Shown here piece by piece: positions 12,737-24,000 of a DNA stretch of 62,000 bases. The notes beneath the pieces were generated by a model, which saw only the letters and a program-made list of their open reading frames with translations, was not told the DNA's origin and ran no database searches. Within the stretch, counting starts at the first letter, position 1; every line of letters begins with the position of its first letter. Origin of the DNA: Lama guanicoe (lineage: Eukaryota); the NCBI GenBank assembly GCA_013239625.1, contig MU053431.1, forward strand, positions 1,204,485-1,266,484, written 5' to 3'. Both the position numbers and the translations under genes were made by a program.

Positions 12737-12750
12737 GCGCCATCTGGTGG
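12737..12750 (-). promoter_or_regulatory. CTCF consensus motif (CDH4 intron 8)
   Basis: Reverse complement reads CCACCAGATGGCGC(TG), a full match to CCASYAGRKGGCRS. Binding is not shown. Confidence 0.55.
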
Positions 12751-13199
12751 ATGGATGGCAGATCGCAGCTCAGGCCCCTGCCCACTGGTGAGGGGGGATG
12801 GCTTCCGTTCTGTTTGCTCCAGGGGGCAGGGGGCAGTGGGCAGTGGGCAGTGGCAGGGAAGGCTTAGGGCCAGCGTCCCAGTGAGTCTGGAAATGAGGGA
12901 AGCAGTGAACAGTGAGGTCTGAGGTCCTTACAGCATGCGGCACAAATTTCGAGTGAAAATTCCCTCTGGCCAGCGGCCACCCCACGCCCGTCCCCCAGGG
13001 CAGCCCCTCCTCCGACGCCCATTCTCGGACGTCACGTGAATGAAGTCGCACAGGACACGTGTTCTCCAGAGTCTCCCATGGGGTGTAACGCCCTGGGAGG
13101 CACCTTGTTGCCTCAGCTCAGCCGACAGGCCCCTCCCGTCTGGGTCCTTTCATTCTCAGCTTGGACCCTTTGGAACGTTCATGAACAAATTTTCATTGC

Positions 13200-13500
13200 A
13201 TCACCTGCTCTATTTAATTGTTGTCTCTTTTCTAAGAATTAATCTGAGGTTTTGACTAGGTAATTCACACACACAGTACAGGAACTTAAAGGTGTAAGAC
13301 ATCGTAGTCTGAGACGGCGCCCCGGCCTCTACCTTGTGTTTTCGCCCCACCCCTTGCGTTGTTTTTGTCTTTTCTGCTCCTGGTATGTCTTGGAGACCTT
13401 TCTGTATGTGCAGATTCTCAACAGACTTGGAATTTTATTTCAATGTGTGTTTAGAAGTAACTTCAAGCTCATGGAAAAGTTGCAGGAACAGGAGAGTGGC
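13200..13500 (-). mobile_element. Ancient L1M 3' end fragments
   Basis: TTTTATTT...TTAGAAGTAACTTCAAGCTCATGGAAAAGTTGCAGGAACAG resembles L1MC/L1ME 3' termini. Confidence 0.45.
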
Positions 13501-16500
13501 CAGCGCGCGGACCCCTGGGCACCGTCAGCTGCGCACCCACTGCTCCCGGCAGACGCGCCCGCGGGCTCCTCTCCGAGCTGCTCGGGGGCCAGTTGGTGCC
13601 CTACAGCCCTCCGTCCAAGTGCTTCTGAGTGTATTTCCTAAGGGGGCTTTTCTGACTGGCCCTGGCAGTTGTCAGGAAAAAGGCTGCTACCCCTGTGTAC
13701 CAGAGACAGCTGAGGCCCAGAGGGTCCATCCGGGCTGTCAAGGTCACGCAGTGAGACGGAGCTGAACCCTCATCTGCACCCTCAGGCCCCAGCTTTGCAC
13801 CACACCCCTGTCCTCTGAGACCCTAGATGTGTCTTCTGAGACGGGGCATCCTTGCCTTCCCAGCCCCCATGTCCTCTGCACCTGCCAGCACCTCCTTCCC
13901 CCACCCCCTGCAGCTCCAGGAAGGGGCCCCGAGGCTGCCCCGACACCGAGCTCCTGCGGGCAGGCCCACGTTCCCCAGCGCTGGCCTGGCTTTGACGGCT
14001 TGGCTTCAGGTGCCTCTTCCTGCTTGTCTGAGCTTTGCCGCCCTTCTGCACCTCAGCCACGCTCAGCCCCGCCGCCCACCGCTGACCCCCCAGAGGGGCC
14101 GGGTCCTGCAGGCCATGAGGAAGGGGGGGCTAACCTTCCGGTGGCGTGAAGCTCTCGGCTCTCGTGTCTGCCCCTCTGCACTGCGGCGTCTGCACGAGGG
14201 GAAGGAAGATACTCAGCAAGGAGTCCCTTGGCCCTCACACTTCTCTGGAAACCACAGCCCAGGAGTACACCGAGGCTGGGGGCGAAATTTGCATTTGGCC
14301 CACGGAAGTGCCGGAGCACACCCCGGGGAAGGTAGGGCGGCAGAGCCCGCGCCCCTGGCCGTCCTGCCGCCCCCGCCCCTGCCGGGCTGTTCAGAAGAGC
14401 GCTTCTCCAGGCCTCCCGAAGGGCTCGGCGTCTTCCCGGAGACGCCGCCCCACCTCCGCCCCACATCCCCGGCCGGAGGACCACACGGGGCCCTGACTGA
14501 GGTGCGGCCTCAGCATAGTCAGACCTGGGGGGCAGCGGCGTGCGCTCGTGGGGACAGGACTGCTAATGTCCCAGGACCACACGCTGTGAGGTGTCCCCGC
14601 GGGACGGGTGGAGGCCGAGCGTCCCCTGACCTACAGGAAGCTTGTTCTCCGCCCCAAACCTGCGGCGGGTGGCACCCGGCCCCCATCACAGGGCGCTGGG
14701 CAGATAGTCCCAGCGCTGCTCCAGCGGTGAGGGCCTCACAGCAGAGGTGCCGAAGCACTCGTGCCTTCTCCTCATCTGTTACAAAAGGGTGGGGTGGTCC
14801 TTACGGAACATCGTGCTGCAGTTTAAGGCTACAGTCTACCCCCAGGTAAGCACAAATGAAAGGAAGCTAAGTGTTAGAGAAAAGCAGGGCTGAGCTCATG
14901 GCTCCCCTCCAGGTCCGCTGAAGAGGGGCGAGAGGGTGACAGGCACCCCGCCCTGCGCCTGCTCAGCCAGGGTCCACGTGGGTCACTCCCGCAAGGGGTG
15001 AAACACGGCTCAGGCCAGGGGCAGTGATTCGGGGCACCGCGGGTCACGGCCCCCACATTTTGAGGTTCTTCTTGGGACGGTGTTCGCGGTGCCATCCTCG
15101 GAGCGGCCGGAGGGCCAGCCTCAGCTCTGGGGCTTAGACGCACCGTGGCCGCCCCGGTACCCCCCGGGGGACTGGCCGCCGGGCCCCTCCAGCCCAACAG
15201 TGGCCCCATCTGGCCGGAGCCCTGGGAGTCCCCGATCTCAGCTTTTCAACTACTTCCATAAACTGGTGAGAAGGGGGAAGCTGCGGCCCAGCATGAGCTC
15301 CGGAGGGTGAGGACATGGTGTCTCAGAACTGGAACGGCCTCAGTGCCCTTCGTGGTGCGTGGACACTGGGTGCAGACCTCTGCCGTGAACAGCTCGCTGG
15401 AGCCGCTGCTCCAAGAACCGGTGCCCCCGCCCCCACCTGACATCACCGCCCACCATGCCGCCGGGCCGGGCCACTTCCCGGGAGGCCCTTGCAGCGATCT
15501 TCACGTGGGGGTGGTGACGGTTTCCTCGGGCCCCACGCAGACGGCGGAGCCGGGGGCGGGGTGCTAGGGCCAGACCCCCTGGCTCCCACACTGACCTTCC
15601 GCAGGCTCCAGAGCTCTCTGTGCCTTGGGTCCTTCGTCTGTAAGGTGAGGGACACCGGTTCCTGCCTGATGGGGCGCATCCCTGGAGGCCAGTCACCCAG
15701 CGGGCACCCACATTCAGGGAGACTCACTCAGTAAGACAGGTGACGGGGCTGTTGTCCCTCTGCTCTGTTATTCGTAACAATTCCACTCCGGGCAGAAACC
15801 AGCCGTCTGTGCAAGCTGCTTGGAACATGGGCAGGTCCTCAGTGAGGCCAGGAGCCCTCCCTTTCTGGAAAGGGAGCCATCAAGCCCGCTGAGCACCAAA
15901 CGGGGAGGGGGAACTTCAAGTTATTCTTCAGCTAACGGCTGGGTCCCTTCCCGGACCTGGCGCCACTCCCCTGCTCGCACGGCCACGGGGGCTCCAGGGG
16001 CTGCTGGCCACATCTCCTCCCTATGGGGGGAGGAACAAAGCCGGCCCCCAGGTCCCTCTGGTCACGAGCCTCCAGTCCCACCGATCAGCTCTGATTCCAC
16101 ACTCAGAAACCAACAGAAACCGTCATTGTTTCACTGGGTAGAAAACTGACTTTCAGAAATTAAAATCATCAGAACGTCGCGCCGTCCCCACCTCACAGTC
16201 CTGCTCCCGACGCCTCTGTCCCCCTCAGGCTGATGTCCCTGTGGTCAGGACCCTCCTCTCTCCAGAGCCCCAGCTGCGTGGCCCCCGGGGCCCACGTGGG
16301 GCAGAAAAGTTAAAAGAGGAGCGAGAGAAGGGGCTCAGAGGCCCCAGGGGCGGGGGGACAAGAGGAGAAGAGCCGTGGAAACTGCAAACAACAAACTGAA
16401 AACAAAAGAAACAAAAATGAAAGCTGTGGGAATGTAGGAGCAGCACCACCACTGCAGGTTTTCCCGCAGAAGCCGGGGCCACGGGCCTCGCGTGTGCACA

Positions 16501-18750
16501 GACTCATTCCGGGGCCCTCGGCCCAGCGGAGGGGCCTCGCTGTCCTCACCCACAGCCGCCTCTGTGCTACCGTGACCTTCCCCTGGAAGCCGCGTGCATG
16601 TCTGCCGCCCAGCTGGGGTTGTGCTTGGACGGCCCTGGCGTGGACAGGAAATCTGCCCTCAGGGTGGGGGCCCTCAGGACGGGGGCACGCGGGGATCGCC
16701 GGAGGGGCGAGAAACTCCGTCCCAACGCTCTTAAGATCCATCCTTCCCCAAATACCCGCCTTTGCGTCCCATGGGGCAGGGGAGAGGCTTCCCCTGTGCC
16801 TGAAAACCCCCCAAAATTAAATTTAAAACTCATTATGGCTAGGGGAAGGTTAGTAAGAAAATCCTAGACCAGACTTACCAGCTTAAGGCCTCCTTTGTGA
16901 ACCTTTATTACATGTGCATGAATTAAAATGGACTTTTCAAATAAACTTCACCTAGAAGTTGGAAGGAATCGGACTCAGGGACACACTACTCTCCCCACGC
17001 CGTCAAAGCACCGGCCTGTGGTCCTCGGGGGACCGGCGTGAGGGCCCTCGCCGGGCGTGCCGCCCCCCCAGAAGGTGCACCCGAAACTCAGCTGTAAGGG
17101 ACGGGGGGTCCCAGGTGAGCAGCAGAATCCACCCCAGCTGTTTAAGCAGAGACGGAAGCTGCCAAATCCGAGGGTTGGGTGCTCCTGGCAGAGCCCCCAC
17201 CCACTGCCACCGCCAGGTGCGGACACCACAGATCCCCCCCAGCACCGGACAAGGTGCGACCACCTGCCTTCCGCCACTGCAGGTGCCACAAGGCCTCTCG
17301 CCTCTCTCCTGAGTCAGTCGTGCAGGCGTGTCTCACCGCCAGATTCTAGACCACTCGACCAGGTCGTGACTGAGGAGCAGGATGAGAAACCAAGTTCCCA
17401 GAAAATAAAGAACCGAATTCAGAAGGTGCTGGAGACGGCAGCGTAACTGACATCCACTACACTGGCCTGCAACGTAGAGAGAATCCCCGCACCTCACAGA
17501 TGCTGAAAACGCCTAGGATCTGGCTTCAGGCCTGGCTGGATCCAGCCATCGGGCTGAGTAGCCCTGCTGTCCCTCTGGCGGGCACCCTGAGGCTGTGACA
17601 TGGAGCCTCACCGTCCAGCAAGGACATCAGCTCCCAAGGGCAGAGCGCCGTCTGCCTGCCCCCTGCTGAGTCTCCAGGGCCTGGCTGGGAGGGCTCGACA
17701 GGTGTCTGACCGAGGGAAGAGCCGGCTGCCACCCCCCTGGGCATGGACGCCTCCCCTCCAGGGCCCGGCTTGTCTTCTCCAAGCGCCTCTGAGAAGCCCG
17801 ACCTGGGCACCTGGCAGCCAGTTCCCCGCCCCGACCACTGTCGGGAGCAAGAGGATGAGGTCGGGGGTCTGTCCCCACAGGGTAAACTGGAGGGGCAGCA
17901 GCACTGTCCTCCCAATCCCACAGGAGAACCTTGTCCTGCAGGGGGAACAGCGGCTGTGGGCCACCGTCCCAGACAGCAGCGGTCCCGCTGCACAAGATCC
18001 CACTTAGGACAGATGCAGTTTTTCTTGCTGACGAGGTGATGGTCCTGGGGTCTGAAGGCTCACGGCGCCAGGTGACAGACAGGCCCTCCGCACACGGGCC
18101 CTGAGCGGCCAGGCTGCGGGGCTTCATCCAGAATTGAGTCAGGGCCAGGACGCTGGCTAAAGAACAACTTCGGAGCCTCTGAAATACAGATAAAGGGCTG
18201 CACTCCCGCCCGGGATTGACCTGGAACCCTGCCCCACGCCCGAGGAGCGGTGCGCTCTCAGCCCCCCTCGCGCTTCTCCTGCTGGGGACGGGCGAGCCTC
18301 CCCCTTTCCTGTGCACGTACACCGAGGCTCTGATCACGGCTGCCTGCGTGTTCATTCACTCGTTCATTCATTCATCCACGTCTGCACCGCCTGGACCATC
18401 TTCCCCTGAACGCCGTTATCCGCGGGGCTGTGATCTCCGCGTCCCCCGGCCTCGCTCACAGGAGATGCTCACTAAACACAGCACTGGTGGTCTGGGAGAA
18501 TCTGCAGGACACATCACCTCCTTCTCCCCATCCCTTTGTGGCCCCCAAGGTCTCGTAACCTTTCTTGTTTCTGTTTCTTCATCTGTAAAATGTGAGTAAG
18601 AACAGGATTCCCCTGAGGAACAGTGGGCGGAGGCCTGGCACAGAGGGGCCCCTGGTAACCGTCAAGGGCCGCACTGCTGTGAATACAACCAGAGATCCCT
18701 AGACGTCCGTCCAGACTTTGTCTCCAGGTTTTGTGCCCTCTGCACAGTGA

Positions 18751-18895
18751 CAGCACTGGCCACACAATTTGCGGGGCCTGATGCAACATAAGAATGCAGG
18801 GCCCTCATTCACCAATTATCAAGAATTTCCAGATGTGACAGCAAAGCAAAAAGCAAGCTCGGGGCCCTTCTGAGCGGGGCCACATCTGCAAGGCA
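18751..18895 (-). mobile_element. MER45A-like hAT-Tip100 DNA transposon
   Basis: ACAATTTGCGGGGCCTGATGCAACATAAGAATGCAGGGCCCTCATTCACCAATTATCAAGAATTTC...GGGGCCCTTCTGAGC follows the reverse MER45A consensus. Confidence 0.75.
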
Positions 18896-18967
18896 GTGAT
18901 CTGCACCTGGTAAGAGGTGCTCAGATTTCTATCACCACCTCAGCACCAACACCGACGTCCCCCACCC

Positions 18968-18973
18968 CATGCG

Positions 18974-19015
<42 letters not shown>
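18968..19015. repeat. Compound (GC)6(AC)16 microsatellite
   Basis: Perfect purine-pyrimidine alternation over 48 bp. Confidence 0.95.
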
Positions 19016-19017
<2 letters not shown>

Positions 19018-19357
19018 CTTTGCCTACGTGTAACTGTCGCTCCACGTGAGCCACACTTATGGAGGCGTGGCTGCAGCCCTCACTGTGCTGTGGCAGGAAA
19101 AGGGCTGAGGCTCCACGTTCGGTCGTCTGCACATCTGCCGCTGCTGACCCCAGGCCCCAAGCCTGTGCTGGGACCACGGGGCGGGCAAGAGCCCAGGGGT
19201 GATGTGGCTCAGGAAGCCCTGTGCAGCTGCCACCCCTCTACTGTTCATCTCCCAACTTGCAAGCACATCCTCGTGGTCTCCTGGAAGCCCTGGGCATTTT
19301 GATGGGTCCCCAGCCGCACATGGGAAAGGCTAGAAGGGATCTAGGAGAGAGACCTGG

Positions 19358-19666
19358 CATGTGTGTGCGTGTGTCTGCACGTGTGCTTGTGTGGACATGT
19401 CTGCATGTGTCTGTGTGTGTCTGTGTATGTGTGTCCGCATGTGTTTGCAAGTGTGTGCGTTTCTGCATGTGTCTGTGCATGTCTGCGCATGTGTGCATCT
19501 GCACGTGTGCATGTGCCTGTGTGCGTATGTCTTGCATGTGTGCATATGTGTGCCTGCATGTGTCTTGCGTGTCTGCGTGTGTGCATTTGTGTATATGTGT
19601 CTGCGTGTGTGTGTGCGTGTCTGCGTGTGTCTGTGTCTGTGTCTGCGTGCATGTGTGTGCGTGTGC
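19358..19666. repeat. Degenerate (TG)-rich repeat (GTGTCTGCAT/GTGTCTGCGT-like units)
   Basis: Visible TG-rich array; source of the spurious Cys/Val- and His/Thr-rich ORFs. Confidence 0.9.
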
Positions 19667-19867
19667 AGGGCTTAGTTTGGAGGTGGATACATACAGATGA
19701 GCCTCAGGCCTTGCTCAGCCTCAGCCAGAGGAAGCAGAGCCCTCTAGAAATGCCACCTCGTCCACATGGACATGGGCTGGGCCCACCCATGGGAATCACC
19801 ATGTCTGGGAGCAGCTAGAGGCAGAAAGCACCTCCCCGGGGGTTGGCAGAGAATCTGACCTCTCTAG

Positions 19868-20338
<471 letters not shown>

Positions 20339-20394
20339 TGAAAGCCCACTTCCCTCTAATCTCTTACAGGGGGGAATCTCGCTAGGAGACTGTC

Positions 20395-20582
20395 TAATGT
20401 TAAGCCATCCTTGGTTCCTGAGATGAATCCAATTCAGTCACGGAGGAGTATCTGGTTTTAATATGTTGCAGGACTTGTATTGCTAATACCTGAAGATTTC
20501 TCATGTATTTTTCTGAGCAATTTAGGCCTATTTCCTTTCCCATACTGTCTTTATCTAAGGTTTTGGTATTGAGATCATGGAC
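20395..20582 (-). mobile_element. Ancient L1 ORF2 (RT region) fragment
   Basis: Minus-strand translation ...DKDSMGKEIGLN...LAIQVLQHIK...LDSSQEPRMA resembles the L1 ORF2 KENYRPISLMN...IQQHIK...VGFIPGMQ region. Confidence 0.6.
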
Positions 20583-20599
20583 AATCTTAAGAAATACTG

Positions 20600-20745
20600 G
20601 GGATGGGGAAGGTTGGGTCACAAAGTGGTGCACAAGGGAGCTGGGGGAGCCCTCCAGTGTCGTGGTGGTGGACACAGAGCTCTAAGCACTTGTGAAAATT
20701 CACAAGTGAATCTTACAGTATGTAAACTTTAAAATAAGCTTTTAA
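20600..20745 (+). mobile_element. Ancient L1M 3' terminal fragment
   Basis: GTGGTGGTGGACACAG...TTGTGAAAATTCACAAGTGAATCTTACAGTATGTAAACTTTAAAATAAG resembles L1MC/MD 3' ends. Confidence 0.5.
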
Positions 20746-20937
20746 ATTTGAGCTGAAAGCACACACAGCCATGTGGTCCCCACAAGTCACAGATCGCTAT
20801 GTCCTCAGTGGGATTCAGCAGCTGGTGCCATGCTTTCTCCATTTTTCTTTCATTTCTGTTTTGTTTTTTATTTTCCATACAGGGCATTCCTCTAAAATTT
20901 CTATTTAAAGTCTGTTAAGGCAAGATGTTCCATCATA

Positions 20938-21087
20938 TTTTTTAACACCTTTATTATGGTCTGGTTCCTGTCCAGTAAACTACACATATTTCAGTGTACA
21001 ATCTGATGAACTTTAATAGACGTACACACCAGTGAAACCACCGCCACAATCAAGAAAGCGAGCATTTCCCTCCCTCCCCAAGAGGTG
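20938..21087 (-). mobile_element. Ancient L1M 3' end, host site of the younger L1
   Basis: TACACATATTTCAGTGTACAATCTGATGAAC...GTGAAACCACCGCCACAATCAAG...CATTTCC matches the L1MB/MD 3' end in reverse. Confidence 0.65.
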
Positions 21088-24000
21088 CAGTTTATCCCTT
21101 CTCACCCCCTTTACCCTCTGGTAACCATAAGTTTGTTCTCTATGTCTATGAGTCTGTTTCTATTTTGTAGATAAGTTCATTTGTGTCCCTTTTTTTTAGA
21201 TTCCACATATAAGCAATATATGGCATTCTTCTTTCTCTTTCGGGCTTACTTCACTTAGAATGATGATCCCCAGGTCCATCCATGTTGCTGCAAATGGCAT
21301 TATTTTATCCTTTTTGTGGTTGAGTAGTATTCCATTGTGTGTATGTATATGTGTGTGTGTATTATCTTTTTTATCCAGTCACCTACTGACGGACATTTGG
21401 GCTGTTTCCATGTCTTGGCTATCGTAAATAGTGCTGCTATGAATGTTGGGGCGTATGTGTCTTTTGGGGTTATATTTTCCTCCGGGTATATGCTCAGGAG
21501 TGGGATTGCTGGATCATATGGTAAGTCTATTTTTAGTTTTTTAAGGAACCTCCATATACTATTTTCCATAGTGGCCGCCCTAATTTACATTCCCACCAAC
21601 AGTGCAGGAGGGCTCCCGTTTCCCCGCACCCTCTTCAGCATTTATCATTTGTAGACTTTTTACTGATGGCCATTCTGGCTGGTGTGAGGTGATATCTCAT
21701 TGTAGTTCTGATTTGCATTTCTCTGATAATTAGTGATACTGAGCATCTTTTCATGTGCTTCTTGGCCATTGAATGTCTTCTTTGGAAAGATGTCTAGGTC
21801 TTCTGCCCATTTTTGGATTGGGTTGGTTTTTTTTTTAATTAAGGTGTATAAGCTGTTTATATATCTTGGAAATTAGTCCCTTTTCAGTTGCATCATTTGC
21901 AAACATTTTCTCCCATTGCGTAGGTTTTCTTTTCATTTTGTTGATGGTTTCCTTAGCTGTGCAAAATCTTCTAAGTTTAATTATATCCTGTTGTTCATTT
22001 TTGCCTTTATTTCCATTACTCTAGGAGCTGGTCCCAAAAAAGTATATTGCCGTGATTTATGTCCAAGCGTGTTCTGCCTGTGTTTTCCTCTGGGAGTTTT
22101 ATAGTATCTGGTCTTACTCTTAGGTCTTTAATCCATTTTGAATTTATTTTTGTATATGGAGTTAGAGAATGTTCTCATTTCAGTCTTTCACAGGCAGCTG
22201 TCCAGTTTTCCCAGCACCACTTACTGAAGAGACTGTCTTTCCTCCATTGTACATTCCTGCCTCCCTTGTCGTAGAGTAATTGCCCATAGGGCATGGGTTT
22301 ATTTCTGGACTTTCTATCCTGCCCCATTGATCTAGGTGTCTGTGTTTGTGCCAGTACCATATTGTTTTGACCACTGTAGCTTTGTAGTATAGTCTGAAGT
22401 CAGGGAGTGTGATTCCCCCGGCTCTGTTCTTGTTTTTCACGATTGTTTTGGCTATTTGTGGTCTTTCGTGTTTCCATACAAATTTTAACATTTTTCGTTC
22501 CAGCTCTGTGGAAAATGTCATTGGTAATTTGACAGGGATTGCATTGAATCTGTGTATTGCCTTGCGTAGTGTGAACATTTTAACAATATTGACTCTTCCG
22601 ATCCAGAACACGGTGTATCTTTCCATTTGTTTATGTCGTCTTCAGTCTCCTTCATTGGCGTCTTACAGTGTCCGAGTGCAGGTCTTTTGCCCCCTTGGGT
22701 AGGGTTACTCCTGGGTATGTTATCCGTTTTGCTGCGATGGTACGTGATGGTTTCCTTAATTTCTTTTCCTGCTATTTCATTGTTAGTGCATAGAAATGCA
22801 GCTGATTTGTGTATATTAACTTTGTGTCCTGCAACGTTACCAAATTCATTGATGAGCTCTAGTGGTTTTCTGGTCACTCCTTTAGGGTTTTCTGTGATAG
22901 CGCCATGTCATCTGCAGTGAGAGTCTTACTTCTCCTTTTCCAGCTTGGACTCCTTTCATTTCTTTTCTCTGGTTGCCGTGGCTAGGACTTCCAAAACCGT
23001 GTTGAATAAAAGTGGTGAGAGGGGGCTTCCTTGCCTAGTTCCCAATCTTAGAGGAAATGCTTTCAGCTTTTCCCCATTAAGTGTGATGTCAGCTGTGGGT
23101 TTTTCATGTATGGCCTTTATGATGTTGAGGTGTGTTCCCTCTATGACCATCTTCTGGAGGAGAGTTTTTATCATAAATGGATGTTGAATTTTATCAAAAG
23201 CTTTTTCTGTATCTATTTGGATTATCATATGGGTTTTGCTCTCCAGTTTGTTAGTGTGGTGTGTCACACTGACTGTTCACAGACACTGGACAACCCTTGT
23301 ATCCCTGGAACAACCCCACTTGGTCATGGTGTGTGACCCTCCAATGCCTTGTTGGGGTCGACTTGCTAGTGTTTGGTTGAGGACTTCTGTGTCTATGTTC
23401 ATGAGTGATACTGGCCTGTAATTTTTTTGTGTGATATCTTTGTCTGATTTTGGTTTCAGGGTGATGATGGCCTCATAGAATGAGTTTGGAAGTGTTCGTC
23501 TGCAGCTTTTTGGAATAGTTTCAGAAGGACAGGTGTTCACTCATCTCTAAATGTTTGGTGGAATTCACCCGTGAAGCCGTCTGGTCCTGGACTTTTGTTT
23601 GTTGAGCTTTTCAGTCACTGATTCAGTTTTAGTGCTGATAATTCGTCTGTTCATATTGTCTGTTTCCTCCGGGCTCAGTCTTGGCAAGTTGTGCCTAAGA
23701 CGCTGTCCATTTCTCGTACGTTGTCCTTCTGGTTGGCATATACTTGCTCAGAGTATCCTTTTATGTTCCCTTGAATTCCTGTGGTGTCAGCTGTAACTTT
23801 TCCTTTTTCATTTCTGATTTTATTAATGTGGGCCCTCTCCCTTTTTTTCTTGATGATTCTGGCTAAAGGTTTACCAATTTTGCTTATCTTTGCGAAGAAT
23901 CGACTTTCAGTTTCATTGATCTTTTCTGCTTTTTTTGTTTCATTTATTTTATTTCATTTATTTCTGCTCTAATCCTTATGATTCCTTCTCTTCTACTAAC

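Noticed and set aside
13827..14849. 340-aa ORF, and similar long Pro/Gly/Arg/Ala-rich ORFs such as 5250-6206, 3986-4768 and 47452-48231
   Set aside because: No recognisable domain or splice context, and overlapping ORFs occur on both strands, as expected from stop-codon scarcity in very GC-rich DNA.
19221..19818. Cys-rich metallothionein/keratin-associated-like ORFs (also 6208-6817)
   Set aside because: They are translations of TG/CA simple repeats.
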